From Callorhinchus milii (Eukaryota), in the NCBI RefSeq assembly GCF_018977255.1, contig NW_024704743.1, positions 44,518,001 to 44,582,000 of the forward strand: DNA of 64,000 bases, written 5' to 3'. The notes below the pieces were generated by a model. The model did not search any database. It saw only the letters and a program-made list of their open reading frames with translations, and was not told where the DNA came from. How positions within the stretch are numbered: position 1 is the stretch's first letter; every line of letters starts with the position of its first letter. Both the position numbers and the translations under genes were made by a program. Below, one piece after another: positions 26,690 to 39,286 of this stretch.

Positions 26690-27908
26690 GTGATCTGTGT
26701 GCTTGTGTGTGTGTGTATATATATATATATATGCTGTGACCTGTGAGAGAGAGTGTGTATATGCTGATCACTGTGTGTGTTTGTCTCTATGCTGTGATGT
26801 GTGTGTGTCTATGCTGATCACAGTATGTATGTGTGTGTATCTCTGCTGTGATCTGTGTGTGTGTGTATCTCTATGCTGTGATCAGTGTGTGTGTGTATCT
26901 CTATGCTGTGATCAGTGTGTGTGTGTGTGTATCTCTATGCTGTGATCAGTGTGTGTGTGTGTATCTCTATGCTGTGATCTGTGTGTGTGTGTGTGTATCT
27001 CTATGCTGTGATCTGTGTGTGTGTGTGTGTGTATCTCTATGCTGTGATCTGTGTGTGTGTGTGTGTATCTCTATGCTGTGATCTGTGTGTGTGTGTGTGT
27101 GTATCTCTATGCTGTGATCAGTGTGTGTGTGTGTGTATCTCTATGCTGTGATCAGTGTGTGTGTGTGTATCTCTATGCTGTGATCTGTGTGTGTGTGTGT
27201 GTATCTCTATGCTGTGATCTGTGTGTGTGTGTGTGTGTATCTCTATGCTGTGATCTGTGTGTGTGTGTGTGTGTATCTCTATGCTGTGATCTGTGTGTGT
27301 GTGTGTGTATCTCTATGCTGTGATCTGTGTGTGTGTGTGTGTGTATCTCTATGCTGTGATCAGTGTGTGTGTGTGTGTATCTCTATGCTGTGATCAGTGT
27401 GTGTGTGTGTATCTCTATGCTGTGATCTGTGTGTGTGTGTGTGTATCTCTATGCTGTGATCTGTGTGTGTGTGTGTATCTCTATGCTGTGATCAGTGTGT
27501 GTGTGTGTGTATCTCTATGCTGTGATCAGTGTGTGTGTGTGTGTATCTCTATGCTGTGATCAGTGTGTGTGTGTGTGTGTATCTCTATGCTGTGATCAGT
27601 GTGTGTGTGTGTGTGTATCTCTATGCTGTGATCAGTGTGTGTGTGTGTGTGTATCTCTATGCTGTGATCAGTGTGTGTGTGTGTGTGTATCTCTATGCTG
27701 TGATCAGTGTGTGTGTGTGTGTGTATCTCTATGCTGTGATCTGTGTGTGTGTGTGTGTATCTCTATGCTGTGATCTGTGTGTGTGTGTGTGTATCTCTAT
27801 GCTGTGATCTGTGTGTGTGTGTGTGTATCTCAATGCTGTGATCAGTGTGTATGTGTGTATCTCTATGCTGTGATCAGTGTGTGTGTGTGTACGTCTCTCT
27901 CTGCTGTG
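26690..27908. repeat. Compound minisatellite (GT)n-ATCTCTATGCTGTGATC
   Basis: ~32-36 bp unit, variable GT tract. Confidence 0.97.
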
Positions 27909-28812
27909 ATAGGAACAAGAGGAGGCCATTCAGCCCTTCGAGCCTGTTCCACCATTTAATTAGACTATGGCTGATCTGTACCTCAACTAATCCTTTCAAT
28001 TCCAATTTCCCGCTTTCTCCCCATATCCCTTAATACCCTGACCTACCAAAAATCTATCAACCTCACTCTTGAAGGTGTGGATGGATCCAGCATCCACAGC
28101 CTTTGGGGGAGTGAATTCCAGATTTCTACAACTCTAAGTGAAAAACTGCTTCCTCATTTCACTCTTAAATGGCCTGGTTCTAATTTTAAGACTCTGCCCC
28201 TTTGTTCTGGATTCCCCCATCAGAGGAAATAGCTTCTCTGTATCTATCCCATCAAACCCCTTTATCATCTTAAATACCTCAATCAAATCACCCCTCAACC
28301 TTCTAAACTCAAGGGAATACAATCCAAGTTTACGCAGCCTTTCCTCGTAACTTAACCCTTTTAGGCCTGGTAACATTCTGGTGAACCTGCGCTGCACCCC
28401 CTCCAGGGCCAATATATCTTTCCTGAGGTGTGGTGCCCAAAACTGAACACAGTACTGCAGATGGGGTCTGACTTACGCTCTATACAGCTGAAGCATCATT
28501 TCTTCCCCTTTGTATTCCAGGCGGCTTGAGATAAAGGCCAACATTTTATTCTCCTTTTTGATTACTTTTTTGCAGCTGGGAACTAGCTTTTAGTGATTTG
28601 TGGATATGGACACACAAAACTCTTTGCTCCTCCACAGTTCTTAGTTTCTCCCCGTTAAGAAAATATTCTGCTTCATCCTTTTTTGGTTCATAGTGAATGA
28701 CCTCACACTTCCCTACATTGAACTCCGTCTGCCACAGCATTGCCCACTCACTTAATCTGTTTTAAGTCCCTTTATAACTTCTTACTCCCATCCACACAAC
28801 TTACTGAGCCTC
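27909..28812 (-). mobile_element. CR1-clade LINE 3' fragment
   Basis: - strand ORF pieces WQTEFNVGKCEVIH and LEGVQRRFTRMLPGLKGLSYEERLRKLGLYSLEFRRLRGDLIEVFK; 3' UTR seen on + as GGCCATTCAGCCCTTCGAGCCTG. Confidence 0.92.
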
Positions 28813-28839
28813 CTCGCTTACTATGTTTGATCAGGGTGA

Positions 28840-29740
28840 TGAGTGTGTGTATATCTCTATACTGTGATCAGGGTGTGCGTGTCTCTGCTGTGATCAGGGT
28901 GTGCGTGTGTCTCTATGCTGTGGTCAGTGTGTGTGTGTCTCTATGCTGTGGTCAGTGTGTGTCTCTATGCTGTGGTCAGTGTGTGTGTGTCTCTATGCTG
29001 TGGTCAGTGTGTGTGTGTCTCTATGCTGTGGTCTATGTGTGTCTCTATGCTGTGGTCAGTGTGGTGTGTCTCTATGCTGTGGTCAGTGTGTGTCTCTATG
29101 CTGTGGTCAGTGTGTGTCTCTATGCTGTGGTCAGTGTGTGTGTGTCTCTATGCTGTGGTCAGTGTGTGTCTCTATGCTGTGGTCAGTGTGTGTGTGTCTC
29201 TATGCTGTGGTCAGTGTGTGTGTGTCTCTATGCTGTGGTCAGTGTGTGTCTCTATGCTGTGGTCAGTGTGTGTCTCTATGCTGTGGTCAGTGTGTGTGTG
29301 TCTCTATGCTGTGGTCAGTGTGTGTGTGTCTCTATGCTGTGGTCAGTGTGTGTGTCTCTATGCTGTGGTCAGTGTTGTGTGTCTCTATGCTGTGGTCAGT
29401 GTGTGTGTCTCTATGCTGTGGTCAGTGTGTGTCTCTATGCTGTGGTCAGTGTGTGTCTCTATGCTGTGGTCAGTGTGTGTGTGTCTCTATGCTGTGGTCA
29501 GTGTGTGTGTGTCTCTATGCTGTGGTCAGTGTGTGTGTGTCTCTATGCTGTGGTCAGTGTGTGTGTGTCTCTATGCTGTGGTCAGTGTGTGTGTGTCTCT
29601 ATGCTGTGGTCAGTGTGTGTCTCTTTGCTGTGGTCAGTGTGTGTCTCTATGCTGTGGTCAGTGTGTGTCTCTATGCTGTGGTCAGTGTGTGTCTCTATGC
29701 TGTGGTCAGTGTGTGTCTCTATGCTGTGGTCAGTGTGTCT
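28840..29740. repeat. Compound minisatellite (GT)n-CTCTATGCTGTGGTCA
   Basis: 24-28 bp unit. Confidence 0.97.
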
Positions 29741-31123
29741 CTACACACACACACCACACTGAGCACAGCCCACACACACACACACACACCACACCACCCG
29801 AGCACAGCCCCACACACACACACCGAGCACAGCCCCACACACACACACACACACACACACCGAGCACAGCCCCACACACACAGACACACACACCGAGCAC
29901 AGCCCCACACTCACACTGAGCACAGCCCCACACACACACACACACACACTGAGCACAGCCCCACACACACACTCACTGAACACAGCCCCACACACACAAA
30001 CTGAGCACAGCCCCACACACACACACACACTGAGCACAGCCCCACACACACACACACACATGAGCACAGCCCCACACACACACACACACACACTGAGCAC
30101 AGCCCCACACACACACACACTGAGCACAGCCACACACACACACTGAGCACAGCCCCACACACACACACTGAGCACAGCCCCACACACACACACTGAGCAC
30201 AGCCACACACACACACACACACTGAGCACAGCCCCACACACACACACACACACACACACTGAGCACAGCCCCACACACACACACTGAGCACAGCCCCACA
30301 CACACACACACACTGAGCACAGCCCCACACACACACACACACTGAGCACAGCCCCACACACACACACACTGAGCACAGCCCCACACACACACACACTGAG
30401 CACAGCCCCACACACACACTGAGCACAGCCCCACACACACACACACTGAGCACAGCCCCACACACACACACACACTCCTGAGCACAGCCCCACACACACA
30501 CACTGAGCACAGCCCCACACACACACACACACACACTGAGCACAGCCCCCCACACACACACACACACTGAGCACAGCCCCACACACACACACACACACTG
30601 AGCACAGCCCCACACACACACACACTGAGCACAGCCCACACACACACACACACACTGAGCACAGCCCCACACACACACACACACACTGAGCACAGCCCCA
30701 CACACCACACACACTGAGCACAGCCCCACACACACACACACCGAGCACAGCCCCACACACACACACACCCGAGCACAGCCCCACACACACACACACCGAG
30801 CACAGCCCCACACACACACACACACACCGAGACGCCCACACACAGAGCACAGCCCACAACCACACACAGGCACCCAACACACACGAGCACAGCCCCACAC
30901 ACACACACCACAAGCCAGCACACCCGAACAGCCACACACACCGAGCACAGCCCCACACACACACACCGAGCACAGCCCCACACACACACACCGAGCACAG
31001 CCCCACACACACACACCGAGCACAGCCCCACACACACACACCGAGCACAGCCCCACACACACACACCGAGCACAGCCCCACACACACACACACACACCGA
31101 GCACAGCCCCACACACACACACA

Positions 31124-31454
31124 TAATAATAATAATAATATATAATAATCCTTGCATTTGATATAGCGCTTTTCACGTCGGGAGGACGTCCCAAAGCGCT
31201 TCACAGAACACACTGTAAAGTGAATTGACTGTATATTTGTGGGCGAACGCGGCAGCCAATTGCGCACAGCAATGTCCCACAAACAGTCATGGATTGAAAA
31301 TGACCAATTTATTATTGTTTTTGGTTTTGGAGGGATTATTATTAGGCTCTGTGTGGAGTAAGGAAACTTGCCCAAGGTTTCGCCCTCTGCCTGGAATTGA
31401 ACTCAGGTCTCTCACTTGCAAAGCGAGTGCTCAACCACTGAGCTCCAGGACTCC
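31124..31454 (-). mobile_element. tRNA-derived SINE, young short subfamily
   Basis: Near-identical to 62696-63030 in reverse orientation. Confidence 0.92.
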
Positions 31455-31746
31455 ACACACACACACACACACACACACAGAGCACAGCCCCACACACATA
31501 CACACACACCGAGCACAGCCCCACACACACACACACTGAGCACAGCCCCACACACACACACCGAGCACAGCCCCACACACACCGAGCACAGCCCCACACA
31601 CACACACACACACTGAGCACAGCCCACACACACACACTGAGCACAGCCCCACACACACACTGAGCACAGCCCCACACACACACACACTGAGCACAGCCCC
31701 ACACACACACACACTGAGCACAGCCCCACACACACACACACACTGA

Positions 31747-31920
31747 GCAACAACAACAACAAGATTCCATTTATAAAGCGCCTTTCACGTCAGGAGGACG
31801 TCCCAAGGCGCTGTACAGTTGGGTCATGACCCGAGCAGTGGGGAAATGGTCAGGGTGAGGGGAGGGAAGGGAGGGGGGGAAGAGAGTCGAGAGGGGAGCT
31901 GAAGGCTCGGTCAAAGAGGA
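31747..31920 (-). mobile_element. Young L2 3' tail inserted in minisatellite
   Basis: Near-identical to 47380-47592 in reverse. Confidence 0.88.
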
Positions 31921-32632
31921 GCACAGCCCCACACACACACTCACACTGAGCACAGCCCCACACACACACACTGAGCACAGCCCCACACACACACACTGAG
32001 CACAGCCACTGAGCACACACACACACACACTGATCACACACACACTGAGCGCAGCCCCACACACACACTGATCACACACACACTGATCACACACACACAC
32101 AATGATCACACACACACACTGAGCGCAGCCCCACACACACACACTGAGCACAGCCCCACACGCACCGATCACACACACACACGCAGCGATCACACACACA
32201 CACGCAGCGATCACACACACACACGCAGCGATCACACACACACACGCACCGATCACACACACACACGCACCGATCACACACACACACGCACCGATCACAC
32301 ACACACACACGCACCGATCACACACACACGCACCGATCACACACACACACGCACCGATCACACACACACACACGCACCGATCACACACACACACGCACCG
32401 ATCACACACACACACGCACCGATCACACACACACACGCACCGATCACACACACACACGCACCGATCACACACACACGCACGCCCTGGTCGCGGCAAAGAG
32501 ACACTCACACAAACACTGATCACAGCATAGAGGTACACACACACACAGATCGCGGCATAGAGATACACACACGCTGATCGCGGCGTAGAGTCGCACACGC
32601 TGATCGCAGCAAAGAAACATGACACGCAGAGC

Positions 32633-32657
32633 NNNNNNNNNNNNNNNNNNNNNNNNN
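32633..32657. other. Assembly gap (25 N)
   Basis: Run of 25 N. Confidence 1.
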
Positions 32658-32915
32658 CTTCAGACATTTTGTCCGCCTTATCCTGGGTACAGATAAAAGT
32701 TTCCTTGTGAACCTTGGGTACTGTACCAATCACTTCATCCTCAACAATGTCTGGCCTCAGGGCCATTTGTGGCTCTGACTGTGACAGCTGTGGGGGAGAG
32801 ATTTCTTCCTGTACATAGCCATTTGGCTGCTTATTCATCATGTTTTTCATTGCACTTTGCATTTCGATCAGCATCCTCTGCTTCTCACGCTTAGGAATGC
32901 GCCCAAATCGAACCG
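32658..32915 (-). CDS. NR1D2: NR1D2 hinge exon, 5' half (inverted, ends at the N gap)
   Basis: AVRFGRIPKREKQRMLIEMQSAMKNMMN...EVIGTVPKVHKETFICTQDKADKMSE; FGRIPK A-box of Rev-erb. Confidence 0.93.
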
Positions 32916-32984
32916 CTGCAAAAGTAAAACAGGAGATCAAACTATTCTCAATCAAAAATATATCCCTGAAGTTTAATGATAAAG

Positions 32985-33250
32985 CAGCAACAACAACAAC
33001 AATAAATTAGATTTTTATAGCACCTTTCACGTCAGGAAAATGTTCCAAGGCCCTGGACAGTGAAGGGTTTGACTTGAGCAGGGGGCTGGGTCAAGAAGGG
33101 TGGAGAGCAAAGGGATGGGGCCTGGGAAGATGACCGAAGGCATGATCAAAGAGGAAAGTCTCCTTCAAGGCTTGTCTGAAGACAAGGGAAAGTGCAAGGT
33201 AAAGGGACTCTGGGATGGAGTTCCAGAGGGTGTGGCCAGAAACGCTAAAA
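32985..33250 (-). mobile_element. L2-clade LINE 3' fragment in an NR1D2 intron
   Basis: LWNSIP...LKETFLFDHAFG plus tail. Confidence 0.75.
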
Positions 33251-33353
33251 GGCCAGGTTGGTAAGTTTAGCTTTCTGTTCAAGATCAAATTGACTTAATC
33301 AAGCATTTCACACAACTTAGTAAGGCCATTCTTGGCTGAAATACATTACTCAC

Positions 33354-33498
33354 CATCTCGGGACATCCCTACAGACAGACACTTCTTGAAGCGGCACTGT
33401 TGGCACCGATTCCGATTCATCCGCATTATGGAACAGTTTTCATTTTTTAGGCACTTCTTATATTGGATATTCTGCTGAATGCTTCTTCTGAAAAATCC
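33354..33498 (-). CDS. NR1D2: NR1D2 exon encoding second zinc finger (inverted relative to the rest of the gene)
   Basis: [48 protein letters not shown]; ttgcag acceptor and gtgagt donor on the - strand; 145 nt. Confidence 0.95.
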
Positions 33499-34664
33499 CT
33501 GCAAAAAAATTTACAAGAGCAGTTTTAAGCTGATGCAGTTTTAAGCTGAGCAGTTTTTAGCTAATATATAAAAGAAATAATCATGGAAGTGGCACACGTC
33601 ATATTTTTTACTGCTACAAAAATATCCAGGTTTGAAAAAAAGACGCTGTAGCTTTGTGATCTTTTTCTTCTGCTGTATACAGAACAGCCAGCAACAATAC
33701 TTCAAAATGCTCAGATACCAAACATCAACACAAACCAGGCTCTTATCTGCCAAGCCTCTTTAAAGGAGTATTATCTTCCCTTGGAAGGGCCCATTAGCTG
33801 GCAGAACTCCAGCTCTGCTCCATGGCCTTTTCTCCAGCATCTTTAGAAGTGTTACACTGGCAGTCAGAACTTTGCAACTGCATCAATTTTGATTGGAATC
33901 CCTCTCCTCGCTTCTCCCCATGTGAAAGGGGAGGACTAATTCAATTCCATTTCTAAAGTATTGCAACACTAACATGATCGACTGTCCTGCATCATGGTAG
34001 TAAGATTTGGGACCATCCCTAACAGCCGACAAACTGACCGTGACCCATTTTTGAGAAGCAGATTGAAAAAACAAGCAAATTAGATACTCTACATAAACAG
34101 GGTTTAGGAAGAGAGGATTTGTTAAAAGCAGAAGTCTGTTTAACGCCCTTGGGCATCTTTAAAATGGGAATGGAATGGAAGCAAGGTCTCTGCTCCTCAC
34201 ACACTCACTAAGGCTCTAGAAACTCTTTTCAAGCAACTTTCTGTGTTTGAATAAGTGCAACATTGTCACCACCCGCATCAAGTCCCGACTGCACAGGAAA
34301 TAAGTCCTTAGTACCCACAGCCTGAATAAATAACAAATGTTAAGCAAGACAGAGAATTTAAAACATTTATTTTCTGGAAGGTTGAGCGCTAAATAAATAA
34401 ATGCAGGTACCCAATACATAAATATGTAATGTACACACACACGTATACATCATCTCTTTGTTCTATGTTTCTTTTTGTTTCCCTTTCTTTGATTCTTTTT
34501 TCAGGACTTCAAACTCCTGATCTATCACCAGAATATTCCTGCTACAATTTTATTCCCACCACTTCCCAGGATGTTGCAAAGTCGAACACTACAGCAACAC
34601 CACCTTGCTCAATGTTAAATTGTTTCAATGCCACTAAGTGACAAGAACTGTTACTACAGCAAAA

Positions 34665-34957
34665 CCTTTCAGTTCCAGAACGTGGAGAGCCTTCAGAAAA
34701 AACAAGATGATAACAACTGGATAAATGGGATTAATGGCATCCACTGTTTCAACAATGCCAACACACACAAGCTCTACAGTGTACATAAGATTAATAAGCA
34801 AATATTTTGCCCAAATGGGCACACGGATACATTCGTAAACCAGAACTGCCATACCATTTCCAATGGGTATATACAAAAACCTCTCACAGAGGAAGGGAAT
34901 TGTCAAAATGAGTCCCCTAATAACTGCCCTTGGACCACAGAAAGGAGAAAGCATCTG
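34665..34957 (+). CDS. NR1D2: NR1D2 hinge exon, 3' half
   Basis: FQFQNVESLQKKQDDNN...CPNGH...ISNGY...CPWTTERRKHL|gtgagt; resembles human YPNGH...FSNAY...GGRMHL; start position inferred from frame restoration. Confidence 0.85.
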
Positions 34958-35223
34958 GTGAGTTTACAGTGTGTGGGCACAAGGTTGAAGTCTCTGCACA
35001 ACTTTTCACTCTTCCAAACAGATTGGTCACTGAAAAACTGGACTTTGTGGATAGCTCTGTGTTAAGAACAAATAATACAGATATCAATGCGAAAGTTGAG
35101 TTATTTATACTTTGCAGTAAAATCTTATTAGGAGTATTTTTCATAGAAATTTCTAACTCGATTTTGTAATGTGGAAGTCACGAGCTTGAATAAAACACTC
35201 AAAATGTTTTGTCATTTGGTCAG

Positions 35224-35409
35224 GTCTGTCCAATGAGCATGTCCCCGCATGTAGACCCTAATAAGTCAGAGCAGGAAATCTGGGAAGAATTCTCCATGAG
35301 CTTCACGCCTGCAGTTCGAGAGGTGGTAGAATTTGCAAAACGTATACCAGGATTCAAAGATCTATCACAACATGATCAAGTCAGCTTACTTAAAGCTGGG
35401 ACATTTGAG
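35224..35409 (+). CDS. NR1D2: NR1D2 LBD exon (heme-binding CP motif, helix 3)
   Basis: VCPMSMSPHVDPNKSEQEIWEEFSMSFTPAVREVVEFAKRIPGFKDLSQHDQVSLLKAGTFE; cag/gtatgc; 186 nt. Confidence 0.97.
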
Positions 35410-35798
35410 GTATGCACATGCTATTTTTGATCTTTTGTTCTTTCCTTTGGCGCAAGTAGCTTTTTTACTTGAACTGATTCTACACTAATGATTATAGGGT
35501 TGGGGTTGGATTTTGATATCTAGCTCAGTTTGTAGCTCTCACTTTTGAGTCAGAAAGTTATGGGCTCAAGCCCCACGTTGGGCCTTTGAACTCAGTTAGA
35601 CTGGCAGTGTTGTCCTGGGGTCTTCTCTGCCCCACAATTGATGCAAAAGTCTACTTGTGCATAAAAATAATGGTACGGATTTGAAACAACCTCAGAAGAA
35701 AAAAGCCTGTTATGTTTTTCCTGGTGTAAAGGTTTATGAATGTTGAATCATGCAGCTTGTTGGCTGATGCGTTAATGAATATCTGTTTCCGTTGGCAG

Positions 35799-36009
35799 GT
35801 GTTAATGGTGCGGTTTGTGGCTCTGTTTGATGTGAATGAGCGTACGGTCACATTTCTCAGTGGAAAGAAATATGGCATTGAAGAGTTGCGTGTGCTGGGG
35901 ACAGGAGATTTGTTGACTGCCATGTTTGAGTTTAGCGAGAAGCTGGGTACACTTCAACTCAATGAAGAAGAAATGAGCTTATTCACCGCTGTTGTCCTGG
36001 TTTCAGCTG
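35799..36009 (+). CDS. NR1D2: NR1D2 LBD exon
   Basis: VLMVRFVALFDVNERTVTFLSGKKYGIEELRVLGTGDLLTAMFEFSEKLGTLQLNEEEMSLFTAVVLVSA; 211 nt; cag/gtaagg. Confidence 0.97.
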
Positions 36010-36233
36010 GTAAGGAAAAGATTGTGTTTGAAGTAGGAATAGGTAGAGAAGTATTATAAGTATAATAATAGTTATAAAATTTAGTAGGTTTATTTATCTG
36101 TGTGTGTGACATGAAAACATAAAGCACTGACCAATTAGCTGTCGTCGGTGTGAGAATTCCTAATAGTTTTCCACGTGAATGTACTTGTGAATATTAATAA
36201 GATTATCAACGCTTTCTTTGTTTTATTTCCTAG

Positions 36234-36430
36234 ATCGATCGTCCATAGAAAATGTTAACTCTGTAGAACAGCTGCAAGAAATACTAATTCGAGCACTCAG
36301 AACCTTAATTATGAAGAATCATCCAAACGAATCCTCCATTTTTACCAAACTGCTGTTGAAATTACCAGACCTGCGGTCTCTTAACAATATGCATTCAGAA
36401 GAACTATTGGCCTTCAAAATCCATCCTTAG
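36234..36430 (+). CDS. NR1D2: NR1D2 last coding exon
   Basis: DRSSIENVNSVEQLQEILIRALRTLIMKNHPNESSIFTKLLLKLPDLRSLNNMHSEELLAFKIHP*; the C-terminus SEELLAFK(I/V)HP is NR1D2-type, has no AF-2 helix, and retains the heme His. Confidence 0.97.
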
Positions 36431-37589
36431 GTTTAAGAATGCAATCTCCTTGTTCTGGTTCTTTTTTGTCATTGTATATTTTGAACAAGTACGCACATTT
36501 ATGTATATAAATGCATTTTTCTCCTTATTTTTGAACTATAAAGGGAGGTAATATAATCAAATAAATAAACTAGAGGTATACAGAAGATATTAAAATATAT
36601 TTTAAAAGAATTTAACTTGTAAGTAACATGAACCTATATATAAATATATATATATAAGAGAGAGAGAATACTCTTATGTTTACACTTCACTATTTAAAGA
36701 TGACTTGCATGTATATGGCTTCAGTTTAAAATTGATGTTGAATTAAATTGACTTTCAAGGAAGTGTTTTCACGTATTGGGCGAAAACCTTGATGTTATGA
36801 AGAGCTTTATGGCTTTTTTTTGATATTCAGAGGAACGCTTTAATTTCACAAGCCCCAGTCCCTTGATGCTGTGTATTGATGTCAGTGAGAGAACAAGAAT
36901 ACAGGTTTAAGGATCCTGGAGCATGTTCAAAATTTATCCTCCTTAGCCAATTTTTTGAAAGATCATTATCATGATAGCCTTGGCAGTAACTTGTGGAGTC
37001 ATCTTCTTGCTGCTTCAATTTAAGCTAAATAAATTTAAGTAATTGTGCAAAATATTGTAAAATTTTTTTGTTAGCTGCAGAGTTTCAGCTGAATAAAACA
37101 CATCATGTGAATTGTATTGCATCAAAGCAGTAATATTTATAGGTTTGGGTTTGTTCTTGGTGATTGATTATTATACAATGTTTTACTCTATAATCACTTT
37201 TGATTGGGAACAGTTGCTGCAAATTAGTTGTTTGAAATCTTCAGTTATTTTTGTGTATTGCATAATTAGCTAACATGTGCTTAGCTGCTATATTCAGATA
37301 CTTGTACTAAAGCTTGCAGAATTGCACATCCTATGGAGTTTGAATCCTTGGGTTACTTTAGAACTTGCTGACTCAAACACCTTGTTAAATTAAATAGCTT
37401 TCCAGGGAGTTTGGGGAATTGGCCGAGCTTGGAGCTTTTAAAGTTCTCAGAAAAGTACTTTTTGGCTAAGCTTCTGTTCTACACCAAATGTAAGAGACCG
37501 CCTTTCCAAAATTCTTCACCTGCAGTTTTTGTCCTATTCTTCACCCACTTTTCCATCCCTAGCTGTAGATTGTTCGCCTTTCAAGAAAA

Positions 37590-38070
37590 TAATAATAATA
37601 ATCTTTACGTTTGGTATATCGCCTTTCACGCCTGTCTGGAGAACATCTTAGTGCTTCACAGGATTTACTATGAAGTGCAGCAGCTGTGTGTTTTGCAGGC
37701 AAACTGCAGCAAATTTGCTCACTGCAGTGTCCCACAAAAGCCATGAAGTGAATGACCAATTTTATCTGGGAGATTGTTGGCCATGACACTGGGGGAAACT
37801 CCATTCTCTTTACAAATGGTTTCTTGGCATCTTTGACACCCCCTGAACATCGAGATGGGACCTCAGTTAATGTCTCATCAATGCAGTCCACTCCCAGCAA
37901 TATTTTGGAATATCGAATATGGCCCTCAGGCAGAGTAGCTTCCCAGAGCCCTTGTCAGTGGCGGTTGAGCATGAGGCAGAGCCTGTGAGTTCCAAGTTAC
38001 AATGTGGGGCTTAAACCCACAACCTACTGACTCGGGTGAGACTGGTAAAAACAGCTTGGCTGATTCCATT
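37590..38070 (-). mobile_element. Diverged Deu-domain SINE in the NR1D2 3' region
   Basis: Tail, Deu-like core and head (GGCTTAAACCCACAACCTACTGACTC) in order. Confidence 0.55.
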
Positions 38071-39286
38071 ACCAACCTGTAATACAGGACAAATGTATAT
38101 CTAGCTTTCCTAGTAAACCAAGTGATTATGATTAGCTTTTTGAAGTCAATTTTGCTCATGATAACTGATTCCAATATTTGATTGTGGAGTGTCAGTATCC
38201 TCAGAAAAAGTCTAAACCTATGGCCTTTCAAGAGTAAGGAATTTGAACAGTAGAATTAACTGCAACCAAATTATTGGGGAAAGTGCTACTGGATTGCCCC
38301 CTAAATTAAATAAATCTTGATGTGCAGCCATGAGTATTGGATGAATTAAGCCAGATAAGTACCAAATAAAGAAAACAAAAAAATTACATTTATATAGCAC
38401 CTTTCATATCAGGAGGACGTCCCAGTGTTCTGGACAGTCAAGGGTTTGCACCCTTGAATACTCTAGAAAGCTGGGGCATTCAGCTTTTAGATATTTGTAT
38501 GTAGACCTGCTTTCGAAAAATATTTCTATCCTGACTTGATTTGGCCAGTTTATATTTGAAATCTCAGTACTGTAAACATAAAACCTCATTGACTTTGAAT
38601 TTGATTTTGCAGCCAAATTTGAAGCACTTCTACTGGTTATGTATGTAGCTTCAGATGTATTCTACAATAATCACTGGGGCTGATTTTTTTGTTTTGGTAG
38701 ACATTTTGATTTCTGACTGAGTATATGAGTGCTCAGCATTGTTTTGCCAGGAGAGGTTATTATTCTGCTTTCCATGTGTACATTAGCTTCTAGTGGCAGA
38801 AACAAGTTACTGCAACAAAGCTAAAGCCTGTTGTACTCACCCATCTGCTTTGGACTTTGAAAGTTCTTTGAAGACCTCTATACATACAGTGGAATTTTTA
38901 AGTTTAGCTTTGCAAGAATGTGTTCAAAAGAGTCATCGTGAAATTGGATTTGGCAAATTGTTTTGTTTGAGGGAAGAGAGTCTGTTGTTATTAACATCAT
39001 GATAATGTTGCAATACAAGTGACTTAATGATGTTTGAATGTAATTTCGATTATCAAGGTGGTCAGCTTTTTAAAGAGAGAAAAACTTTTTGATGAATATT
39101 TTGCCTTTTTGGTGAAGAAATGTGGCTGGAGAAGAAACTAGGTGTAGCAGGTCTTAATCTGATGCTGAGAACATTTGCTTGATTGTTTCTGATAGGGATG
39201 TTTGATTTCAAGTGGTTATAGATGTAAGTGACCAATGGTTCTTAAGAAAACAAGAAAAAAATTAAACTGCAGAAGGCACAGACTTC

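Larger units (their letters stand above)
29741..32632. repeat. Compound minisatellites (CA)n-CTGAGCACAGCCC and (CA)n-CGCACCGAT, interrupted by a SINE and an L2 tail
   Basis: Directly visible tandem units. Confidence 0.97.

Noticed and set aside
24852..32520. Many long Cys/Val- or His/Thr-rich ORFs
   Set aside because: Artefacts of (GT)n/(CA)n compound repeats
31771..32955. 394-aa ORF as a novel nuclear receptor fusion
   Set aside because: It is the NR1D2 half exon read through the N gap into microsatellite
32658..33498. A separate antisense Rev-erb paralog
   Set aside because: The - strand exons exactly complement the + strand exons with no redundancy, so they belong to one gene
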